From an uncultured delta proteobacterium (GTDB taxonomy: Bacteria > Desulfobacterota > Binatia > UBA9968): a stretch of 64,000 nucleotides of DNA. The stretch's first letter is position 1. Every line of letters starts with the position of its first letter. The DNA is taken from the NCBI GenBank assembly GCA_963804165.1, contig CAWDPO010000024.1, positions 128,001 through 192,000 of the forward strand, read 5' to 3'. Positions 33,940 to 44,801 of this stretch are shown in pieces. Under the pieces are notes generated by a model. That model was not told where the DNA came from and made no database searches. It worked only from the letters and a program-made list of their open reading frames with translations. The position numbers and the translations under genes were made by a program.

Positions 33940-35241
33940 CAGAGGCTCCAATACAACAAGTCTTTGTTGTCCCTTATCTCGCCCAGAACACCTCTGATAT
34001 CGACAAACACCGGCGTCCCGTCCCCGTTCGCAAGTAGATTCGAATAAGCCTCGATGGATTGTTCACGGAAGATTCGATGCGGCACCGCCAAGATCACCGC
34101 GTCATACTTTTCATCTCTTTTGAAAGGATCCGATACCACCCTGATGTTGAACCGCTCCAGATCTTTGGCGGCCGACCAATGGATCGCTCAGGACCACCTC
34201 CACCCCATGACCTTCCAACTCCTGGATCAATTCGGCGACCCGCGTGTTACGCGCGTCGCAGACATTTTCTTTAAAGGCCGCGCCCAGCACCAAAGTCTTT
34301 GCGCCGCGCACCACCTTGCCTGATTTGATCAATAGCCTTAGGGTTTCCTGGGCGACATAAACTCCCATGGAGTCGTTGATCCGCCGCCCTGCAAGGATCA
34401 CATCGGGATGGTAGTCGACCTCCTGCGCTTTATGCGTCAGGTAGTAGGGATCGACAGGGATACAGTGACCGCCGACCAGACCCGGCTCAAAGGGTAAAAA
34501 GTTCCACTTGCTGCGCGCCGCTTTGAAAACCTCGGCCGTATCCAGGCCGATGCGATGGAATAAGACGGCCAATTCGTTCATCAGCGCAATGTTCAGATCC
34601 CTCTGTACGTTCTCAATGATCTTCGCGGCTTCAGCGACTCGAATGCTCGGCGCCTGATGGATTCCCGCTTTCACCACCAAGCCGTACACGTTCGCCAAAA
34701 CTTCGCTGGTCTCGGCATCTTGTGCGGCAACGATTTTTTTTACCGTTTCGAGCGTGTGCTCGGTGTCGCCGGGGTTGACTCTTTCAGGCGAATACCCGAC
34801 TTTGAAATCCCGACCGGCTCTCAGTCCGGATTCACGCTCGATGGCGGGGATGCACACCTCTTCGGTGCAGCCCGGATAGACGGTTGATTCGTAGACGACG
34901 ATCGTGCCGGCGGTGAGATTTTTGCCGATCAGACGACTGGCATGAAGCAGCGGCGCAAGATCCGGTTGCTTCGCTTTGTCCACGGGCGTGGGAACCGCAA
35001 CGATAATCAGGGAAGCGCGCCGCAAGTGCGATGGCTCGAACGTCAATTGCAGCGGCGCCGCGCCCAGGCTCGCTTTATCGAGCTCGCCGTTTCGATCCGA
35101 GCCGTTGCGCAACTCGGCGATTCGGTCCGGATTGATGTCGAAGCCGATGGTCGGCAAGACCTTGCTGAACGCCGTCGCCAGCGGCAATCCGACGTAGCCC
35201 AAGCCGATGACCGCGATAGAGGATGGAAAGTCCATGGTCAT
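33939..35241 (-). CDS. UDP-N-acetylhexosamine 6-dehydrogenase (TviB/WbpO-like; frameshift near 3' end)
   Basis: IGLGYVGLP, YESTVYPG, YSPERVNPG, AEAAKIIEN, GLVGGHCIPVDPYYL. Confidence 0.92.
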
Positions 35242-37049
35242 AGCTCTCCTGCGCCTTCCTCGACAAATTCCAACCGGAGCTGTTTGATCCAGAGTCCTTG
35301 TTCCCGGCAGACGGAACGAATTTTTTCGGCGTGGCCGTTGGCGAGAATACTGGGCGACGAAATAATGCAACCCTGCACTTTTTCATGTTGGATGATTTCC
35401 GGTAGCTTATCCGCGCCGCCCAAAATGCGCAGCCCGAGCACCGTGCGCCCTTGTTTTCGTGGGTCATCGTCCAAAAATCCCACCGGCCGGTAGGCGACTT
35501 GGGAATTGTTGCGGCACTCCCGCACCGCGATCTCGCCGCCGTCTCCCGCTCCATAAATCAGCACCGGAACTTCTTCCTGCCGGCGGTGATTCAGGAAAAG
35601 ACCGAACAAACGAAAAGACAGGCGGCTGCCGGCCACGCCGAAAAACAGCAGGAAGCCGTAAACGATAAAGGCCACCCGCGAGTAGCCGTCGAACCGGTAC
35701 GCGAGCAGAATCGCAGCCATGGACAACAGCGTCGCGCCTGCGGCCGCTTGAACGATGCGCACAAGATCTTCCAACCCGGTGTAGCGCCACAGGCCGCGAT
35801 AAATGCCGAAAAGAAAAAAAGCGGCGTAGGTCGACGCCAGCACCAGGGGCAGTGAATGGACATACAGCCACAACAGCGCATCGTCGAGCTGAAATTCATA
35901 GCGTAGCGCGAAGGCCAGATAGTAGGCGGACGAGATCACCAAGAGATCGAGCAGCACCTCCAGCAGCCGGCGCCGGTACGTCAGCGTGGTCAATATCACC
36001 GTCAGTTTTTTATTCGCTTGTTTTCGTCGCCCCTCTTCCACCGGAACAATCTCGACCTGGGCCAGATAGGCGGTGAACAGAGCGAATAAAATAATCACCA
36101 CGGGCAGAAACATCAGGCTGAGCGAGTAGGAAAACCCCTTGATCAGCACGGCGGTGGCCCCGGCGATGGAAGCCATCACATAAAGCAGCAGCACGGTTTG
36201 GCGTTCGCTGAGGCCCAGGATCACGAGCCGGTGCGACGCATGATCTTTGCCCCCTTGAGAGATCGATTGGCCGCGCAGCAAACGTGTGATCGTGACCAGT
36301 GTGGTATCGAGGATGGGCACCAGCAATATGCAGGTCGGCACGGCGACTAAGGACAGAATGTTGGAAGCCTGGCCGTTGGCCTGAACGGTGAGCAGGCTGA
36401 GCGACGCGCCGAGAAAAAGGCTGCCGGCATCGCCCATGAAGACCGAAGCAGGATAGAAATTATATAAAAGGAATCCGGCCACCGCCCCGGCGATGGCCAG
36501 CGCCAGCACGGCATGTTGCGTGTCGCCTTGCTGGTTGAAAAGGAAGGCCAGATAAAGCGCGGCGATCAACGCAATGCCGCCGGCCAGGCCGTCCATGTTG
36601 TCGAGCAAGTTAAGCGCATTGGTCAGCCCGATGATCCACGCGGCGGTGAGCAAAGCATCCAACGGCAGCCAGGTAAAAAAGTGCAGAGAATAACCGAAGA
36701 AGATCGCGGTGGCCGCGCAGATGATTTGGCCGATCAGCTTGGTTGCAGGATTGATCTGGCGCAGATCATCGTAGATCCCCACGGCAAACATCTGCGTGAC
36801 GACAATAAAGAAAGGCGCGACCGCTAAAGGATCAGGCGAAAGAAACAAAACGGCGGGAATAAAGCCGACAAAGAACGCGACGCCGCCCAGGGTCGGCGTC
36901 GGTCGCGTGTGCCATCGCTCTTTCTTCGGCAGCGCCACGCAGCCCCATCGGGTCGCCAGGCGCCGAACTAATGGCAGGCACAAGATCGTCAACAAGAACG
37001 ATGCCGCGGGCACGAGAAAGAAGCTGGCGTTGTTCCATGCGGATTGCAT
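35238..37049 (-). CDS. WecA/MraY-family polyprenyl-phosphate HexNAc-1-P transferase fused to CapD-like TM + CoA-binding domain
   Basis: PTPTLGG, DD, NALNLLDNMDGL, VFMGDAGS, H.SHRL; C-terminus GIYRGLWRY...LIYGAGDGG...GFLDDDPRK. Confidence 0.88.
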   Translation of the reverse strand: MQSAWNNASFFLVPAASFLLTILCLPLVRRLATRWGCVALPKKERWHTRPTPTLGGVAFFVGFIPAVLFLSPDPLAVAPFFIVVTQMFAVGIYDDLRQINPATKLIGQIICAATAIFFGYSLHFFTWLPLDALLTAAWIIGLTNALNLLDNMDGLAGGIALIAALYLAFLFNQQGDTQHAVLALAIAGAVAGFLLYNFYPASVFMGDAGSLFLGASLSLLTVQANGQASNILSLVAVPTCILLVPILDTTLVTITRLLRGQSISQGGKDHASHRLVILGLSERQTVLLLYVMASIAGATAVLIKGFSYSLSLMFLPVVIILFALFTAYLAQVEIVPVEEGRRKQANKKLTVILTTLTYRRRLLEVLLDLLVISSAYYLAFALRYEFQLDDALLWLYVHSLPLVLASTYAAFFLFGIYRGLWRYTGLEDLVRIVQAAAGATLLSMAAILLAYRFDGYSRVAFIVYGFLLFFGVAGSRLSFRLFGLFLNHRRQEEVPVLIYGAGDGGEIAVRECRNNSQVAYRPVGFLDDDPRKQGRTVLGLRILGGADKLPEIIQHEKVQGCIISSPSILANGHAEKIRSVCREQGLWIKQLRLEFVEEGAGEL

Positions 37050-37082
37050 TAAAAGTGTCCCGCGATCTTTACTTTTGGGCGG

Positions 37083-37287
37083 CTATATCCTGTCCCAGCA
37101 GTTCGCGACCTAGTTCTCGCGTCATTCCGTCGGAAAATCTCCCCTTCCCCTCTTTGGCAAAGAGGGGTGACAATCGCACGGAGAAGATTCTCCCTTTGAA
37201 AAAAGGGGACAAAGGGGAATTTGAGTTCAACTTCAGCGGCTGCCATCGTTTGGACTTTTTAAACGAATTTCTGAGACGCCAGACTAG
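37083..37287. mobile_element. MITE copy 1 (~205 bp)
   Basis: Homologous to 38400-38603 and, inverted, to 48454-48658. The terminal CTAG (37284-37287) supplies the stop codon of the epimerase. Confidence 0.85.
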
Positions 37288-38306
37288 ATTCTGACTTCCG
37301 GAACTCTTCCGACTTTGCTGATTCTGCCGGGACGGCGGGGTTTGACCGGCGCGTCAAAGCTGTCGATGACGCTTTGCACGATCTCGCGGGTATTATACGT
37401 CGTGTGAAAATTCACCAGATTTTGAACTTTGCTGATATCGGGCACGCGCCTCTGCATATCTTCGAACCCTTCTTCGTAGGCCTCGTCATAGGGAATGTAA
37501 CGGATCGGCGCTGTGCTGCCGGTCATGGATTTCACCAGACGGGCGAGATCTTCGATGCTGATCTCTTCTTCGCTGCCGATATTAAAAATCTGCCCGACGG
37601 CATCGGGATGCTCGATCAGCCGGGAAAGCGCGCCGACGGTATCGCTCACATGACAAAAACAGCGCGACTGCTTGCCGTCGCCGAAAACCCTGAGCGGCTC
37701 GGCCGCGAGCGCCGCGCGCACAAAGCTCGGCAGCACCATGCCGTAACGGCCGGTCTGGCGCGGACCGACCGTGTTGAATAGCCGCACGATCACGACCGGC
37801 AGGCCCTTCTCTTTCCAATAGGCCAGCGCCAGAAACTCGTCGATCGCCTTGGAGCAGGCGTAGCTCCATCTGCCCTTGGACGTGGAGCCCATCACCAGAT
37901 CATCCTCTTCAGAAAAAGGAATCTTGGTGGACTTGCCGTAGACCTCGGAGGTGCTGGCAATGAGGACTTTCTTTCTTTTTTTGTTGGCGAACTCGAGCAC
38001 GCCCTCGGTTCCCTTCACGTTGGTCTCGATGGTGCGAACCGGACTTTCGACGATGAGTCTTACGCCGACGGAAGCGGCGAGATGGAAGACCGCGTCGCAG
38101 TCGTCGATCAGCTCGGCGAGCAACGGCCGGTTGAAAATGGAGTCGATGACATAACGGAAGCCGCGCCGATGTTTAAGACTTTCGATATTGTTAATGGCTC
38201 CCGTGCACAGATCATCGATGATCACGACCTCGTGGCCCTGGCGCAGCAACGTTTCCGACAGATGCGAACCGATAAAACCTGCTCCTCCGGTGATGAGATA
38301 ACGCAT
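37284..38306 (-). CDS. NAD-dependent nucleotide-sugar epimerase/dehydratase (UDP-sugar 4-epimerase-like)
   Basis: Intact; TGGAGFIGSH, STSEVYG, YACSK, RLFNTVGPRQ. Confidence 0.93.
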   Translation of the reverse strand: MRYLITGGAGFIGSHLSETLLRQGHEVVIIDDLCTGAINNIESLKHRRGFRYVIDSIFNRPLLAELIDDCDAVFHLAASVGVRLIVESPVRTIETNVKGTEGVLEFANKKRKKVLIASTSEVYGKSTKIPFSEEDDLVMGSTSKGRWSYACSKAIDEFLALAYWKEKGLPVVIVRLFNTVGPRQTGRYGMVLPSFVRAALAAEPLRVFGDGKQSRCFCHVSDTVGALSRLIEHPDAVGQIFNIGSEEEISIEDLARLVKSMTGSTAPIRYIPYDEAYEEGFEDMQRRVPDISKVQNLVNFHTTYNTREIVQSVIDSFDAPVKPRRPGRISKVGRVPEVRI

Positions 38307-38399
38307 TATTCCTCCTGCTGGTTTATGCGGCAGTCACGAGGGTCATGAAGCGCCTGTTTCTGTTTGACAGTTGCGTCCAAGGATTTGCCTGAGATCCCG

Positions 38400-38603
38400 C
38401 TAGTATCCTGACCCAGAAGTTCGCTGTATTATTGCCGCGTCATTTTGTCCGAAAATCTCCCCTTCCCCTCTTTGGCAAAGAGGGGTGAGAATCGTACGGA
38501 GAAATCCCCCTTTGAAGAAGGGGGACAAAGGGGGATTTGAGTTCAACTTCAGCGCCGGCCATCGTTTGGATTTTTTAAACGAACTTCTGAGACGCCACAT
38601 GGT
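38400..38603. mobile_element. MITE copy 2
   Basis: CTAGTATCCTGACCCAGAAGTTCG ... CGAACTTCTGAGACGCCAC; internal hairpin CCCCTCTTTG-G-CAAAGAGGGG. Confidence 0.85.
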
Positions 38604-38607
38604 TTCG

Positions 38608-40972
38608 TCACGCCTGCTGCCGCTCGCCGTCGTATGGCGCCTCGTGGTAGTACTCGTCATAACCGTTGCCATTCATATTCACGCGGTTCAGCATGGTTCC
38701 TAATATCTTTGCGTGGGCGTGGCGCAGGCGCGAACAGGCGTGCTTCACGGTGTCGCGCGGCGTGCCTTTGCTGCCGATCACGACCACCACGCCATCGACC
38801 ATCGTGGACAACAGGAGGGCATCGCTCACCGCCATCACCGGTGGAGAATCAATCAGAACGTAATCATAGCGTTCGCGCACCGAACCGAGCGCTTCACGCA
38901 TCTTGGTCGAACCGATGAGCTCCGTAGGATCGACAGCGCTGGAGCCGCTGCTGATGAAAAACAGATTATCGACGTGCGTCGCCTGGGTCGCCCACGTCGG
39001 CCTTATCCTGCCGCTGAGAAGCTCGGCCACGCCGAGGCCTCGCCTCATGCCCAGGATCTTGTGACAAAAAGGACGCCGTAGGTCTCCGTCGATGAGCAAA
39101 ACTCTGGCGCCCATGCGCGCGAAGCTGATCGCGCTGTTGACCACGGTGGCGGTCTTCCCTTCGCCGTGAACGGCGCTGGTAAAAAGCACCGTCTTCGGCG
39201 CATGTTCTCCCTGCGCCAGCAAGATGCCGGTACGCAGCGTGCGGTAGGCTTCGTTGACAACGCCCAGGGAATCAATCGACATGATGGGCTTCTCTTTAGG
39301 CTCGGAAGGATAAAAAGCGACGTCGGATTTGCCATTCCCGTTGGTGTGCTTGTGCGCCGACGAGGCGGCCCAAAACCGGCGCGAGGTCAAGGAAGCGACG
39401 GTCGGTGCGGGGAAAAATGGGCACGAGCCCCAGGCTCGGCAAACTCAAATAGCGTTCCGTGTCTTCGGCGGTCCTTAAGGTGTCATCGAGATGTTCTAAG
39501 AAAAGCGCCAGGCCCAAACCTCCCATCAAACCCAAGATGGCCGCCAGTGCAAGGATGAGCTTTTTCCTGGGCGTTGTGGGTATGACCGGATTCTCCGCCT
39601 TGTCGATAACATAAATATTGGAGGCGCGCAGCTGTGCCGCCACGCCGACTTCCTTCATGCGCTCGAGCACGCTGTTGTAGAGCTGGCGATTGGTGTCGAC
39701 TTCGCGGGCCAAAACGGCGTAACCGACCGAGGCGTCTTTAAGTTGCAGGGTCGCGGCCTTCTGCTCCTCCATTTTGGCGCGCAGCTCCCGCTCTTTTCCG
39801 TAGGCGGCAAGATGGGCGGACTCGATCCCGCTCACGATCTTTTTGATCTCATGCTGCAAGCGCAGCTGGACTTCCTCGAGACTTGCCTTCACCTTGGCAA
39901 CGCTCGGATAACCTTCCTTAAACTGAGATGAAAGATTCGCATACTCTCCCTGCAACTGGGTCAGCTGTGTCTTGAGAGTTGAAACCAGCCCGCTTCCGAT
40001 GACTGCGGGCAGGGAATCGAAGTCCCTTTTACGAATCAGTCGGACGTGAGCTTCAAGCCCGATCCGTTCGGCCTCCGCTTCCGTGAGACGCTTGTTCAAA
40101 TCCGCCAAGCGCTCCACCACGATGTTCTCTTTCTCATCGAGGGAAATGATGCCGTTCTCCCGGCGGTAAACGTTTAGAGTGGCCTCCGCCTCTTCCACTC
40201 GTGTTTTTAGTTCTGCCAGCTTTTCTTCGAGAAATTTTTGCGCTTCCTGATTCGCCTGACTGCGCAACATCAGTCCCTGCCGGATATAGGCATCGGCATG
40301 AGCATTGGCCACCAGCGCGGAAAACTCAGCATCAGGCGAATTGAAAGCGATTTTAACCAGGCGGGTGCGCTGGATAGGCTCCACCTCCAACATACCCTGA
40401 TAGGCGTCGACGAGTTCTGGCTTTATGCCGAGGAGATCTCCTCTCTTGATGCCTGGAGGCGGCGAAGCAAAAAACGAGTTGACCCACGCAAAAGCGGCTG
40501 AAGGAAGCTGTTGGAGTTTTTTGAGAAAAGCGAATCCATTACCGCTCCCGGTGAGAACCGCGCTTTTCTCCAGGCCCTGTTCTCGAATGGTCTGCGCCGC
40601 CAGACTACGGCTCTTCAACAGTTCGTACTGGGTTTTGTAGTAGTCGAGCTCACCGGAATCCACCGACTCGGAGAGCACGTTTTTAACGTCAACGACCTGC
40701 GGCTCTTTGCGTTCGATGAGAAGCGTGGTCCGCGCGGTGTAAATCGGCTCCATCATCATAACGACAACGGCGGCGACGATAACCGCGCCAAAAAAGCATG
40801 CCGCGATAGTTGCTTTGTTTTTCCGAAGGACCCGCCAGTAGTCGCGCAGGCTCGCCGCTTCACGGTCTTCGGCGACTTGGCGCCAGGTGGACACCGTGGA
40901 CACGGTAGGCACGATGTCCTCCGGTTCAAGCAGCAGCTCACGCCGCTGCGAATAGGACGAAGTATCTTTCAT
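38608..40972 (-). CDS. wzc: Polysaccharide co-polymerase / tyrosine autokinase (one frameshift)
   Basis: Wzz-like N-terminal TM and coiled coil; EAYRTLRT, GEGKT, LIDGDLRRP, DSPP and a Tyr-rich tail (GYDEYYHEAPY). Confidence 0.93.
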
Positions 40973-41002
40973 GGCAAAATCTCAATCGACTGAACTGAAG
41001 GA

Positions 41003-41070
41003 CTACCGGATCGGGACACTCGCACTCGCGCCAATGCGGACAAACGCGCTAACATCCGGTAAAATTTCCC
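41003..41070 (-). pseudogene. Relic of a second wza 3' end
   Basis: Encodes ...AFVRIGASASVPIR*, versus the wza C-terminus ...SFMRVGANASIPMGR*, about 90 bp downstream. Confidence 0.6.
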
Positions 41071-41093
41071 TCCCGCCAGTCTCATTTGACTCG

Positions 41094-42215
41094 CTATCTT
41101 CCCATGGGGATCGAGGCATTGGCCCCGACACGCATGAACGATGTGAAGAAACGATAAACTCCGTACGCGACCGCCTTCGGAGTAGAAGAGATGATATCGA
41201 CCACGTCCCCTTCGCGCAGCGGCAGATCGGGTTCCTGTCCACTCGCGATAGCCTCAAGATCAGCCGTAAAAATCATTCTCTGACCCAGTTTGTTGGTGCG
41301 CATGAGCTTGACGGCGCTGGTATCGCCGGCAAACATCGCCCCTCCGGCCGCCGCCACGACCCCCAAGATAGTCAGTCCTGAAGAGATCTTGTACGACCCG
41401 GGCCTCCCCACCCACCCTTGAACCAGAACTTCGCCTGCCCCCGGCACCATGATGACGTCGCCGGGCCGCGCCGGCAGGGAAAGGTAAATCTCATTGCCGC
41501 CGCGATTGACGGACGCAAGGTTGATCACGATCGGTTCGACGTTTTTCAGAATCAGCGGTGAAGGGTCCTGTCTGACAAGCTGTACCGGCAGTACAGCGCC
41601 AATGTTCTTCGCCGTGTCCGGATCCGCCGCTTCCGCCGGAATAAAAAGGATCCGCTCCGATGATCCCGGCGTCATGCCGCCCGCCTGGGAGATCAGGCTC
41701 AAAACCGTGTCACCTGAAACGACAAGGTTGTAAAGTCCCGGTTTCTGCACGGCGCCGATGACCGCAACCTGCCGGCTGCGAAATTCTTTGACGAACAAAC
41801 TCACCTGCGGATTGTGCATGTAATTGGTCTGGAGCCGGCGACGAATTTCCGCCCTGAGCGTCTTGTCGGTCAGGCCTTTGGTATCGATGACCCCAACGAA
41901 CGGCAAAGTGATCGTCCCTTCGCGGGTGACGCGCTCCGAATGGTTTCTGATTTCCTCCATCCCGGCGACGTTGATCTCGATCACATCACCAGGGCCGATT
42001 GGATAATCGTTATCGTTGCTGTCCTTTTGGCGCATCTCCCACAGAGCCGCCAAGCGCTTGAGGTCATTGTCAGCGTCTGCGCTTTCTCTTAAATGGGCCG
42101 TCGTGGTTGAAACTTTTTCATCTCCCACTGTCTCTCCGGACTTTGTGGCCGCCGCCGAGCATCCAGCCACCAAAAGGAAGACTCCATACGTCAAAGGAAA
42201 TGAAAATATCTTCAT
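41094..42215 (-). CDS. wza: Polysaccharide export outer-membrane lipoprotein (OPX/SLBB)
   Basis: Lipobox VAGC, YPIGPGDVIEI, GTITLPFVG, VIGAVQKPG, SLBB repeats. Confidence 0.92.
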   Translation of the reverse strand: MKIFSFPLTYGVFLLVAGCSAAATKSGETVGDEKVSTTTAHLRESADADNDLKRLAALWEMRQKDSNDNDYPIGPGDVIEINVAGMEEIRNHSERVTREGTITLPFVGVIDTKGLTDKTLRAEIRRRLQTNYMHNPQVSLFVKEFRSRQVAVIGAVQKPGLYNLVVSGDTVLSLISQAGGMTPGSSERILFIPAEAADPDTAKNIGAVLPVQLVRQDPSPLILKNVEPIVINLASVNRGGNEIYLSLPARPGDVIMVPGAGEVLVQGWVGRPGSYKISSGLTILGVVAAAGGAMFAGDTSAVKLMRTNKLGQRMIFTADLEAIASGQEPDLPLREGDVVDIISSTPKAVAYGVYRFFTSFMRVGANASIPMGR

Positions 42216-42638
42216 CGCTTTAGTCCAGAACTAATTTGAATTCGCCGGTCGGGTGAGATATCCTTAAAGTGCAACGGGGTGGGGTAATCATCTGTCCTAT
42301 GGACAGATCCAAATGAGCCTAATCAGCTCGCGAGGATTTCATCTCTTTACGGGTCCTTCGCCAAAAGTCTCCCGCAAAGAGTCATGTACCAGCCCCGTTG
42401 CGTATTTCTTCTTTAAGTCTACATCAGCTCAACACTTTTTAATCCGGTAACCAAAATCACTACGTCTGGTTCGGCCTTTTTATAGCGCTCTTAGCCAAGC
42501 CTTGACGCCGCCGCTTTCCTAAGAAAGCGACTTTGCTGTTTTTGCTGTTATCGAAGCTTTCGAATAATCCACGGAGAGGGACAACCAACCCGCACTACTC
42601 ACACAATGCAGAGTACAACGGGATTCTATTTGCGCCTC

Positions 42639-42653
42639 GCAAAATACGTGCCC
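42639..42653 (-). promoter_or_regulatory. sigma54 (-24/-12) promoter motif
   Basis: Minus strand GGGCACGTATTTTGC (GG-N10-GC), about 420 bp upstream of wza. Confidence 0.55.
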
Positions 42654-43674
42654 TATCTGGCCACAACTAATAACTAGCCTAAATTGTTCAAATTTCACTG
42701 CATACATATGAAGCAGTTGTTGCTTCAGAAGGGTTTTCCCTTCAGCACACGTTTGATATTTCTAACACCACGTCCCAAGACCAGGACAAGAAAATCTCTT
42801 TAAGAAATTTTCGCGATCGCGTTTGCCGATACGGCCCTGCGCGCCATCCCCCCAAGGATGCGCGTTGGAACGGAAACGATCACTGAGCTTTTCAAGACAT
42901 TCACAGCTGTCGAGATTTCAATCGCCAACGTGTACTCAATTTTGATTGCTCGCAACAAGATGCTCACCAACGCAACGCGATACGACGTCCCTCTCAGTCG
43001 ACAGGCTTTTGGTCTTAAAGACCTCGAATTGGGATTCATATCTTTGCGGCATCTTCGCCAAAAATTGACCCGCAAAATAGCGGCGGTTTTTTTTCACCGT
43101 TGCTGCGTACTCGGCAAATTCTTCTCGTGAGCTAGCAACCATTATTTATTAATTCATTCACCAGCGGCCAATATTATTTTTACCGGTTCATTGTGCGCTA
43201 ACACCCATCGTTCCAGAAAAGAACCAAAACCAAAAAGATGATCACAAAGCGTGATTCCAGACGTGCGCAATAGCGCATCCGTTCTGAGATCGGAAGGTCT
43301 TAGTCTACTGAGGTCTAATTCTGGAAACGAGGAATGTTACTAAAACCACGGTCGCTATCCTGACTTCGGCAACCGGAAACCATCTCTGGGTAATTGGTAG
43401 CATTTCTTTACCTATAAGGGAAGCGAAAATTTATAAAAACATTTTAAATTTTTGTTACAGCAATTTTTATTCGGATGCCGATGGCAAGGAACTCATTTTG
43501 TAGGAATTATCCTTCAGATATTGACGCCACAACAAATCCGTAGCCCATGTGTTTCGAGATTCGAGTCACGGCGCACAACGGAAAACCAGAAAGCCCGGCG
43601 TTACAACGTCCGGAAAAAATCTTTTGATCGAATTGGACTAGATCGATACAGCGTCTGTCGAAATTGACACGGGC

Positions 43675-43689
43675 GCAATTGATATGCCA
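43675..43689 (-). promoter_or_regulatory. sigma54 (-24/-12) promoter motif
   Basis: Minus strand TGGCATATCAATTGC, pointing toward the polysaccharide cluster. Confidence 0.6.
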
Positions 43690-44213
43690 CGAAACTCAGT
43701 CCCTGACGTGCATGGCAAAATTTGTTAAAAGCCCGCACCGGGAACAATATCCCACCACCAAGTCAGGTGCATAAATTAATCCCCAATTTGCGTTGATACA
43801 TCGCCGATTGCTCCAAGAGTTATGGTTAGATGAAAAGTTCGCTCTAGCGTGTAACAGTCTCTTCACGCGGCTCCCTGCCTATTACTCAGTCACTGGGCGG
43901 CTGCATTGCCTACTACTTGGTCACTATTCTGCGCGATTGCACATTCGCGTATTCTCCGTCACAAAATTGTTCCGAATTGTTCCGATGTCCATCCATGTGC
44001 AAACATTGCCGGGCCTCGTTTGTCCGGATATTTCCCACAATTTACATTGGTAGCAAGGTCGTAATAGGCCACGGGCGAGTCGGTGGGCTGTGACGCACGC
44101 TTACGAAGATGAGATCCGGCATCGTCGGCTGCCATGGGAACGTTTGAATAACGAGTTGGCAGAGGATTTTCAGACGTGGAATCAGCTCGTCGCCCTGGAT
44201 TCCAGACAGAGCC

Positions 44214-44247
44214 AAAAAAGCCCGGTCTGAGAAATCCTCAGCCGGGC
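44214..44247 (-). terminator. Intrinsic terminator
   Basis: Minus strand GCCCGG-CTGAG-loop-CTCAG-A-CCGGGC followed by TTTTTT. Confidence 0.75.
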
Positions 44248-44365
44248 CGTTGAGCAATAAAACAACGAATGATTACAAGGCTTCCAAGTTAAACTTTCCC
44301 CGACTCATGATACGCCGTCCGCCTCCTCGCCGCGCGAAATTCCCCGATGCTGGACCGTCTCTGAT

Positions 44366-44801
44366 TCAACAGTATAAGGTTGAACACGACCGCTCTGACC
44401 CTTCCCCCTTTGCTCCCTGCTCCACGCTTTCGAACTCCGCGTACGGGACAGACTCCGGCCAGCCCGGGAGGCTCTGCTTATAAACTTCGAACGTCTGCGG
44501 AGAAATTATTTTCAACAAGGACGGCGGCAAGGGCACGAGCTGCATAGCGCAAAGGGCAAGGAACAGAGCTAAGGGCAACACGAGAGGCGGGAGGCGGGAT
44601 TGGGTGTTGGGCTCCATGCTCCTGCTTACCTGCGAGTATCGCGCGCTTAACCATCCACACCACTCACCAGCCCGAAGATCACCACTTCCATCGACCGAGT
44701 ACGCGGGCGCATGCACCGAGCCGAGCGCGAAGGGCGTAAACACAATCAGGAAGACGATAGCCGAAGATGAATAGGCGATCGCAGATTAGGGCTAAGGGCA
44801 T
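44366..44801 (-). pseudogene. N-terminal fragment of an O-antigen ligase-family membrane protein
   Basis: IVFLIVFTPFALGSVHAPAY...QLVPLPPSLLKIISPQTFEVY; ends after about 140 codons with no Wzy_C domain. Confidence 0.6.

Noticed and set aside
37049-37246. Short ORFs 37049-37246, 38400-38672 and 48495-48689 with similar translations
   Set aside because: They are read-throughs of the MITE copies, not genes.
42800-43142. Overlapping 68-91 aa ORFs in the wza upstream region
   Set aside because: No recognisable motifs or RBS, and the frames conflict.
43340-43400. c-di-GMP-I riboswitch-like 3' end (GGTTGCCGAAG, minus strand)
   Set aside because: The GGCAAA/GAAA/CGCAAA core elements are absent upstream.
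44250-44310. Possible integrase arm-site or tRNA att remnant
   Set aside because: No tRNA 3' end or integrase was found; the resemblance is too weak.
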